Positions 56,662 through 64,000 of a stretch of 64,000 bases of DNA are shown here, in pieces. The notes beneath the pieces are model-generated. The model ran no database searches, had not been told where the DNA came from, and saw only the letters and a list, made by a program, of their open reading frames with translations. The translations under genes were made by a program, and so were the position numbers. The stretch's first letter is position 1, and every line of letters starts with the position of its first letter. Origin of the DNA: Diplonema japonicum (taxonomy: Eukaryota; Protista; Euglenozoa: Diplonemea); the NCBI GenBank assembly GCA_964019335.1, contig OZ025661.1:248001-312000 (forward strand). The letters are read 5' to 3'.

Positions 56662-56892
56662 AAGGGGATATACCTGGACTTCTCTGTCGTATACTGCCCG
56701 ATGCCCGTCTGACAGTGATGGGTCCATCTCGTAGATTGGCTGGAAGTCCAGCGTCCCCAGCAGGCTTGACTTCTCACCCTCGCCTGCGTTTTGCGGGTAT
56801 TGCTGTTGCTGCTGATGGGGCACCCTCTCCCTGTTCTGTGAGGCTTGCGAATAACTCCCGCTGTACCCCCCTGTACTATACTGGTATGACAT
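56029..56892 (-). CDS. SAS6L: SAS-6-like protein (SAS-6 N-terminal head plus short coiled coil); one intron, about 258 aa
   Basis: RIELSSESDLFFHY, LQEEQKLMCDF, LEFIQNMEYKFVELL; spliced YDREVQ|FELR. Confidence 0.85.
56587..56673 (-). other. 87-nt GT-AG intron containing about 55 A residues
   Basis: GTATATCCCCTTC-polyA-CTTTT..AAAATCAG; contains an in-frame stop; joins two in-frame exons. Confidence 0.9.
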
Positions 56893-57405
56893 CTTTTTTC
56901 TTTTTTTTTCTTTTTCTTTGTGTATAAAAGCTCTTTTTTTATCTCTTTCTCTCTCCCCTCCCCCTTTTTTTTTTGTATTTTTTTTTTCTTTGCGAACATG
57001 CCAACAAAAAAAAATAAGAAAGAGATAGACCGAGGGGGGAGGGTGGGGGGGATGTTAAAAAAAAAAAATATTATTGTAGCGGGTGGGGGAGGGATTTGTG
57101 TAAATGATGCTACATCATCGTTTTTTTTTCTTTTTTCTTAAAAGGATTCTAAGGATCGTTCTTCAAGGAAGGCGAGAGAAATAAAAGGAGAAAAGAGGGG
57201 GGGGGGGAGGCCGTGGGCTCGCAGGAAAAGTAACGATTCAAGAAGAATGACCACTTTCACAACCAAACTACGTTGCCAAAAGAAGGAGGGGGGGGGGGGG
57301 GGGGAGGAGGACAGACAGGAACTTGTTAACAGAAGAAACATAGCAAGAATTATTTTTGCATTTTCTTCTAGACCATGCGCCCAGAATATTTCGGTGATGC
57401 TCATT

Positions 57406-57455
<50 letters not shown>

Positions 57456-57926
57456 CAACAAGAAAAAAAGTGAAAAGTTTCTTCTTTTTTTTTTTCTTTC
57501 ATCGTGTTGTATACAAGTGGGGAGTGAACGGGGCATGTGACCTAATGCACACAAGCCCTCCAACATTTTCTCTTTTTTCTTTTTTGAAGATAACTACAAA
57601 AAAAAAAAGCAGAAAAGTGTTTACTGTATATACTGTTCATTCCCTCCTCCTCCGCCTTGCGAGTCAAGGTTCAGAACTCATTCTTTAGGATTATAATATT
57701 ATAGAAAGAAAAGTGTAAGTGAATGGGGAAAAAAAAGGGCGGGGGGGGGGGGGGGGAGGAAGGATTATTTTTTTCTTTTTTTTGCGATTGTTTTTCAAAC
57801 ATAAGTGTGAATCGATGAATTAAAATGGTTTTTTTTTTTTTTTTTTTTTTTTATTTCCTCTTTTTTCTTTCTTTCTTTTCCCTTAGTGGCCGCAAAAAAA
57901 AGAAAAAAAAAAGAGAAAAAAAAGAA

Positions 57927-60900
57927 TCAAGTCTCGCTGAGATGTAATGTAGCTGGTGTACTCCCCAGCATCCCTGTGGTCCCGTCTTCCATTTCAAAAT
58001 CGTCAAACGGTTTCTTAGTATCAAGGCTAGACTTTTCCTTCTGCGTCGCGACAACTTGCAACACAAGGAATCCCAACAAGCCCACCACAAAGATCCAAAC
58101 TACAACAATTAAAGCAGAGCTCAGGCATGCTTCGCCAAGCATTAGCCCTTCACAACATGCATCACCATACATATCACTGTCCTGAGTTCTAAGCCCAGTG
58201 TCATAATTAGGAATGCGGGTGACCTCCACACCCGGGATCCTGTCACCGCTTCTATCGTGAGTTTGAAGAAGCACCCATTCATGTGTCTTGTTGTTCCACC
58301 AACAGACTCTGTATTCCCTCACCTCACCTTCATATTCTGTCTGAACGTCCATGAAGATCTCCATCATGGCCTGCGGTTCTACCTTTGTCAGGTTATGCTG
58401 TACGGCCGCACCACAGGAGCTTCGCTCGTTTAGAGACACTCTGTTGTTTTTCTCCGTCTCCACGCACTCTGGAGCGGGTTCTGTCTTGCAGTCGTTCTCT
58501 GGATCGCCGCCTGTTGTCGCGTTCACCATTTTCAAGATCCTGCCCTCCTCCCTCTCTTCGTGGAAGCACCCATGGACGACAACGGTAAATTTCATGCCTT
58601 TTAGGGGTTTGTTGGGGTACACTGTGTACCAGTAAGGTTCTTCTGCAGGGTTGCACATTCGGAGCTCGCAGGCAGCTCCGCCCCATCCGGTGTTGCAAAC
58701 GCATGTATCGGACGCTGAGCACTTGCCCTTCCCGTTGCATGTGAGCTGTGGATCGCACAGTATGCATTGTTCCCTGTCTTCAGAAACGGCGAACCCGCAG
58801 TTGTTGCATTCTTCCCCAGACCAGCCTTGTTCGCACTTGCAGCACTCTTTGTTGGTGTCCCCGCATTTTCCGTGGTTGGGGTTCACAATGCATTCCGGTT
58901 GGGATTGTCCTTGTGCCGCGTTGGGTTCTCCTGGTTTCACCCATTTGCACTTTGCCTTCGATATCCCTTCACCTGCAAGGCAGTCGTTTTCGTTGAAGCG
59001 CACCACGCACTTCTCGGGGTTCTTTGGGATGCATGATGGTTTGCCGTCGACTTCCGTCCACTGGCAGCCGCTGATCCTTGTGTCTGCTTCACAGGCGGGT
59101 TCGGTCTTGTGGATTAAACATCCTTGCTTGAAGCATTTATCGTCTTTCCAGGAACAGCCTACTTGTTTGGTACACGTGGGTTCAGAGGTTTGTTTTTCGC
59201 AGGCGCTAGAACATTCTCCAGCTTTGGTGTTGTCTCCTATGTCGCCGCCTGTGAACCAGTCGCAACCATCCGGAGATGTGGTGCACTGCGTGATGTTGGA
59301 GTACCGCAAGCAACCCGTGGCGTCCTTGCACCGTCCAGACGTCTCGTTCCACGCGCACCGCCCGCCAGTTTCCGGGTTCACCGACCGTGAGCATGGGATC
59401 TCTGCCGTGTTCTTCTCGCAACCGATCGTTTCCACGCATGCGTTGTCGATCCACTTGCAGAGGGTGTCCTCGCTGCACTTTGCTTCAGCATGGACAGGGT
59501 CAGAGGAATACGAAGCGCAGCCAGTAACCTCCTCGCACTTCCCTGCTGTGGTGTTCCACAAGCATGACCCCGCTGTGGCTGGGGTCTCGCACGTTTCAGA
59601 TCTGTTGAAAAGCCCGCAATTCTTCTCAATGCACTTGCTGTTGTACCAAATGCACTCGCGCACTGCGGTGCATAGCTGCTCGTTTCTGTGCTTCAAGCAC
59701 CCTGTCTTGTCCTCGCAGATGGACGTCGCGGTGTTCCATGCGCAGTCGGGGTCTGCGACGCAAGCAGGCACCGAGGAATAGATAACACAACTGTGCCTTT
59801 CCTCGCACTCTTTCAGGTATCCGTTCCACAGGCAGTTCTTATCGTTCGTGCAGGACTCGTAGCTGTGCTTCGCAGGGCACCCCACATCAGGCTTGCAACC
59901 AGAATCAGTGCCGGTGACACCTGTCGTCCACGTGCAACTCACTTTTGGATTGCACTCAGCAGCTGTTGGCGCACCGCACACCTTCCTCGAGCATGTGGCA
60001 CCATTCCATACGCAGCTGTTCATGGTATCGCCTGTGCACGCATCGTTGTTGCAGTGCTTCAAACACACTGTCGCGGAGCATGCTTGTTTCGATGTGTCCC
60101 ACTTGCACATGGTGTCCATTTCGCAACCACTGTCTTGCTTCCACTCTGTGCAGCTTGCTTTGTGGATGGAGTTTCCGTGCTTTGACACGAAGTAGCCGAA
60201 GGTGCTGTTCTCGTTGCACAGGTTCATAAGCACGCCTCCAATCTCTCCCAAAGGAATGTTCATTACGTGTCCAGTGATCGGCTCGGATACAATGGGCAGC
60301 ATGGTTTTCATGGCCCTGTCGTCTGGCACGCTTGACATCTTGTAACGACGCGCGTGGATAGCAAACACACTCACACGGTGCGACTCCAGCACTCCCGATA
60401 CAGTTGTCATAGTGCCGGAGTCGGGGATCTCACCGTCTGCAATGAAAAGCAGTATTTTCTTCCTATCAACAGGAGATTCCTCAAACATTGCTGCGGCCAT
60501 CTCCAATGCCTGCGTTGCGTACGACGAGGCCTTGGCGTGGGTCTTGAAGATACTTTCGTGCCACAAGATGTCACTCTCGAGCTCTGCCTTCACGCCCGAC
60601 AGTCTACCACCAGTCCCCTGACCAGCAGGAATTTTTTTCGCATCTCCCATTGACGAAAACTGCACAAGGCCCACTCGGAACCCACTCTTATGCGTCGGGT
60701 CACTTTCGATACCAGCAGCCTCGCCTGTAAACGGGAGGATGGCTACCCATTCGTGGATGATCTCAAGCATTCCGATGAAGCCATGCGGGTGCCTGCCGAA
60801 GGGCAGCCCCATACTGACGGAACCATCAAGAACGACGATGACGTCAACCGCAGGGCAGTTTGCAAAGAGGGACGCCTTGCAAGACGCAGATATGGTGTCC

Positions 60901-63900
60901 CACATGCACCCAGGCACCTTGCCGCAGTCGCAAGGGTCTGTTTGCTTTCCGCACGTGGTGACCCCCTCCTCGCACAGGCCGCTCTTCGTCCACGTGCACC
61001 CATAGGCCACTCCTTTGTCTTCTGCGTTGCAGTCCCCCTCATTTGTGTACTTCAAGCAAGGCCTCGTCCCGCAGTGCGACGGCGAATGAGCCGTCTTCCA
61101 TGTGCACCTTCCCTCCAGTGCGGTGCTGCAGTTCTTCTCATTCAACTGGCTGATGCACTCATCGATCGGTCTGCATTCGCCAGCTTCCCATTTGCAGTCG
61201 AAGTCATGATAGTTGCATTCCACCTCAGTGGTGTAAGGCACGCAAGGTTTTTCGATGCATAAACTAGTGTCGCCGTCCCATTGGCAGGTAGGCTGTCCAT
61301 TGCACGCTACAGCATCGGGGTATGCACATGGCCTCGGCTTGCAGGAAGCCTTCACGTCGTCCCACTCGCACCCATTTGGGTCAGCAAGGCACCCGTCCTC
61401 TGCAACGGCTGTACAGGGCGGAATTGTGCATAGTGAATCAGTTGTGTCCCAGTAGCACTCGGCAATAGTACACTGAGACTTGTCAGAGTAGTCGCATTCT
61501 ACCTGCCGGCCACAGCCTGCTGTGTTGCTCCACGCACACGTTTTGTTCTTACTGTCAACTTTGGCTTCGCAGGCGTCCTTCGTGCAGTGCTTGTGGCACA
61601 CCGACCAGTCACACCTAACTGTGGTGTCGTTCCATGCGCAGGTGGCGTCCTTCAAGCATGTCGACGCCTTCAAGTGCGCAGCACACGGAACATGGCCATA
61701 TGTGCTCTTCGAATTCACGATAACACCGCCGAACAGACTTGTAGGACTGCAGAAGGTCTTCAACTCTTTGAGGAAGGTATCCAACGGGATGTTCATGAAG
61801 TGCGACGCCCGTGGCTCGGACACTATGTCGGAAAGCACCTGCTGAGCATCCAAGTCTACCTGTGTGTGCGTTGCGAACCTTCGCAGCACCACACCGAAGA
61901 TTTCAATGCCCTGGCCATCCAACGCAGCCCGTACGGTCGCGATGTTCGCAGAGTCGTGTATCTTGCCGTCGGCAACGATCATCAACACCTTCTTCCTCCC
62001 CGTTGTGTCCTGTAACATTAGTCCAGCATACACCAATGCCTCCGAGATATAAGTTTGTGCCATGGCGTAGTTCGTCTCATGCCAGTCCAGATCTGCTTGC
62101 AATTCATTTGAACTGCCAGAAAGACGACCGCTCGTGCCGACCCCTGCAGGTGCTTTGAGTGCATTTTGAGGTAATGAAAATTGCACAAATCCTAGTCTGA
62201 TCCCGTGAGCGGGGGCACCGGGGTAGCCTGCCTGATCTTTGTTTAGAGGTAGTGCCTTTGTCCAGTCCCTGACCATCTCTAGTACAGCGTAGAATCCATG
62301 CGGGTGACGGCCGAAGGCCTGGCTCATGGAGGCTGACCCATCGAACACAATTGCAATATCCATGCTAGGGCACCCGCCGAAGAGCTCGTCGCGGCACGCT
62401 CCGCTTTTGAAGTCCCACACGCAGAAGTCCTTGGCTGTGCACTGGCACTGCGATACGATGTTGTTGCACACGACTTCGATGCACACGTTGTTGTCGCCGT
62501 TCCAGTAGCACACGTCATCGGCGCTACAGGCACTCGGGTCTGTGTGCTTGAGGCAGTACTTTTGGTTGCAGATAGTGGGCGACTCGCTGGTGTCCCAGTG
62601 GCACCCGTAGTCATGGTCACACGTCTTCTCGTCTAGGTAGTGCACACACGGCTTCATGTTGCACTTGTTGTCCGCCCACTCACATCTCCTCATGTCCTTC
62701 AAGCACACACCGATGTCCGTTGTGGTGCATGGTTTCTCGATACAGGGTGCCCAGTCCGGGCCGATAACAGCCGGATCCCACTCGCATGTGCTGTCCTTTT
62801 CGCAAGTAGTCTTAGACGTGTACGTGCACAGGCGTTTCTGACAGCGGTCAGTTTCGCTGTTCCACAGACACCCAATTGGGTCAGACACACACCCAGCTTC
62901 TGACTTGTGCTGGCATTCTTTTTCGATGCATCGGCTCTCTGACGCTTTCCACTCGCACCCAGGATCTTCCCCACAGGGTTCGATGGCGTGGTCACAAATC
63001 ACCCTTTTGTAACACACTCCCCCCTTGCCATCCCACTCGCACAGGTTCGTCTTGTCGTCTGTGCATGTGTCGGTGTCGCAGTGTCGGAGGCAGGCTGAGT
63101 CACGGCAGACCAACAGCCTCGCACTCCATCTACAAGCGTGGTCCTTGTTGCATGTGTTTTTGTCTGTGTACATGGGACAGGGCTGGACCTGTTTCAGCGC
63201 ACCTTTGTTCCCCTCTGACGACGCAATCAGCTTTCCAAACTGTTCATGCGGATCGCACACCGTGGAGAGCATGTCGATGAAATCCGTGATTTCTGCATCG
63301 ATGAAATGCTCCTCTCGAACATCGCTAGTCACATCAAGCAGGGCTTGCCGCTTGGTGCCTGCACCAGCTGCGTATGCCGATGCAGGGCGCAGCAGGACAC
63401 CGAATATCTTGATGCCAGCACTGGCCGCAGCACTAATCTCCGACGTGAGCTCGCTCCTTCCCGAGTCCATGATCTCGCTGGTGGCCACGACAATAATGAC
63501 CTTTTTGCGGACTGCACTACTCAACATACCGCGAGCGAGTTTCATAGCCCCTGCAAGATACGCTTCTTTGGTGTCGATCATGTTGTTTTCCACATAGTCG
63601 AAGTCGTTGTAGATTTCGCTCATCACGCCCGAGACCTGCCCTCCCGTGCCCACCGATGCAGGTGCCTTCATTTCACGCCCCTTAGCAGCGAACTGCACCA
63701 TGCCGAGCCTCACACCAGTGCGCACGTCAGCCTTTGCCATCTTGCCAGGTGTTCCTGAAAGAGGTAGAGTCTTTGCCCAATCCCTGGTGCCCTCAATGAT
63801 GGCTTGGAAGCCGCTAGCGTGGCGCCCGAAGGCCATTTTCATAGCGCTGGTTCCATCTACCGCAAGAACAACGTCCATGAGTGGGCATCCCCCAAAGACC

Positions 63901-64000
63901 CCGGTGACGCAGCCGCCGTTGCTGCTGTTCAGTGTCGGGTCCCAGAAGCATGCCACGTCCTTGTTGCAGAGGCACGGTGTGGCCAATTTGGAACAGTCTT
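57927..64000 (-). CDS. Large type I membrane adhesin-like protein: 3 vWA domains, many short Cys-rich repeats, EGF-like motifs and a TM helix (5'-partial)
   Basis: vWA MIDAS-like DGTSAM/DGSASM/DGSVSM; C-x4-C-x-W-x5-C repeats; CxCxxGWxGxxC; TM ALIVVVWIFVVGLLGFLVL. The frame stays open to the window edge. Confidence 0.88.
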   Translation of the reverse strand, partial: DCSKLATPCLCNKDVACFWDPTLNSSNGGCVTGVFGGCPLMDVVLAVDGTSAMKMAFGRHASGFQAIIEGTRDWAKTLPLSGTPGKMAKADVRTGVRLGMVQFAAKGREMKAPASVGTGGQVSGVMSEIYNDFDYVENNMIDTKEAYLAGAMKLARGMLSSAVRKKVIIVVATSEIMDSGRSELTSEISAAASAGIKIFGVLLRPASAYAAGAGTKRQALLDVTSDVREEHFIDAEITDFIDMLSTVCDPHEQFGKLIASSEGNKGALKQVQPCPMYTDKNTCNKDHACRWSARLLVCRDSACLRHCDTDTCTDDKTNLCEWDGKGGVCYKRVICDHAIEPCGEDPGCEWKASESRCIEKECQHKSEAGCVSDPIGCLWNSETDRCQKRLCTYTSKTTCEKDSTCEWDPAVIGPDWAPCIEKPCTTTDIGVCLKDMRRCEWADNKCNMKPCVHYLDEKTCDHDYGCHWDTSESPTICNQKYCLKHTDPSACSADDVCYWNGDNNVCIEVVCNNIVSQCQCTAKDFCVWDFKSGACRDELFGGCPSMDIAIVFDGSASMSQAFGRHPHGFYAVLEMVRDWTKALPLNKDQAGYPGAPAHGIRLGFVQFSLPQNALKAPAGVGTSGRLSGSSNELQADLDWHETNYAMAQTYISEALVYAGLMLQDTTGRKKVLMIVADGKIHDSANIATVRAALDGQGIEIFGVVLRRFATHTQVDLDAQQVLSDIVSEPRASHFMNIPLDTFLKELKTFCSPTSLFGGVIVNSKSTYGHVPCAAHLKASTCLKDATCAWNDTTVRCDWSVCHKHCTKDACEAKVDSKNKTCAWSNTAGCGRQVECDYSDKSQCTIAECYWDTTDSLCTIPPCTAVAEDGCLADPNGCEWDDVKASCKPRPCAYPDAVACNGQPTCQWDGDTSLCIEKPCVPYTTEVECNYHDFDCKWEAGECRPIDECISQLNEKNCSTALEGRCTWKTAHSPSHCGTRPCLKYTNEGDCNAEDKGVAYGCTWTKSGLCEEGVTTCGKQTDPCDCGKVPGCMWDTISASCKASLFANCPAVDVIVVLDGSVSMGLPFGRHPHGFIGMLEIIHEWVAILPFTGEAAGIESDPTHKSGFRVGLVQFSSMGDAKKIPAGQGTGGRLSGVKAELESDILWHESIFKTHAKASSYATQALEMAAAMFEESPVDRKKILLFIADGEIPDSGTMTTVSGVLESHRVSVFAIHARRYKMSSVPDDRAMKTMLPIVSEPITGHVMNIPLGEIGGVLMNLCNENSTFGYFVSKHGNSIHKASCTEWKQDSGCEMDTMCKWDTSKQACSATVCLKHCNNDACTGDTMNSCVWNGATCSRKVCGAPTAAECNPKVSCTWTTGVTGTDSGCKPDVGCPAKHSYESCTNDKNCLWNGYLKECEERHSCVIYSSVPACVADPDCAWNTATSICEDKTGCLKHRNEQLCTAVRECIWYNSKCIEKNCGLFNRSETCETPATAGSCLWNTTAGKCEEVTGCASYSSDPVHAEAKCSEDTLCKWIDNACVETIGCEKNTAEIPCSRSVNPETGGRCAWNETSGRCKDATGCLRYSNITQCTTSPDGCDWFTGGDIGDNTKAGECSSACEKQTSEPTCTKQVGCSWKDDKCFKQGCLIHKTEPACEADTRISGCQWTEVDGKPSCIPKNPEKCVVRFNENDCLAGEGISKAKCKWVKPGEPNAAQGQSQPECIVNPNHGKCGDTNKECCKCEQGWSGEECNNCGFAVSEDREQCILCDPQLTCNGKGKCSASDTCVCNTGWGGAACELRMCNPAEEPYWYTVYPNKPLKGMKFTVVVHGCFHEEREEGRILKMVNATTGGDPENDCKTEPAPECVETEKNNRVSLNERSSCGAAVQHNLTKVEPQAMMEIFMDVQTEYEGEVREYRVCWWNNKTHEWVLLQTHDRSGDRIPGVEVTRIPNYDTGLRTQDSDMYGDACCEGLMLGEACLSSALIVVVWIFVVGLLGFLVLQVVATQKEKSSLDTKKPFDDFEMEDGTTGMLGSTPATLHLSET

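Noticed and set aside
1-64000. tRNA, rRNA, SL RNA or snRNA genes; stop-codon reassignment; non-canonical (non GT-AG) introns
   Set aside because: None was recognisable by eye, and all gene interruptions were resolved by GT-AG introns under the standard code. A covariance-model search was not possible.

Overview
Eukaryotic nuclear DNA, most consistent with a euglenozoan, probably a diplonemid (inference from gene layout and content, not from a search). About 21 host genes all lie on the minus strand as one unidirectional cluster. GC-rich coding islands are separated by spacers made largely of poly-A, T, G and C tracts. Recognisable genes include APC7, an MFS transporter, two cyclic-nucleotide-binding-domain K+ channels, PRP31, a GH7 cellobiohydrolase between two near-identical GPI-type surface protein genes, V-ATPase c'' (VMA16), a P4-ATPase, a catalytically dead metacaspase, a PH-AGC kinase, a trefoil-GH15 glucoamylase, mitochondrial EF-Ts, dynactin p25, SAS-6-like and two large Cys-rich surface proteins cut by the window edges. 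There are two decayed piggyBac elements and a small MITE-like foldback. The main result is a set of 16 tiny (33-87 nt) GT-AG introns reconstructed by hand. All have T at donor +4. About half have a poly(A)/purine or AC-rich tract where the polypyrimidine tract should be, and every one lies within about 1 kb of its stop codon.
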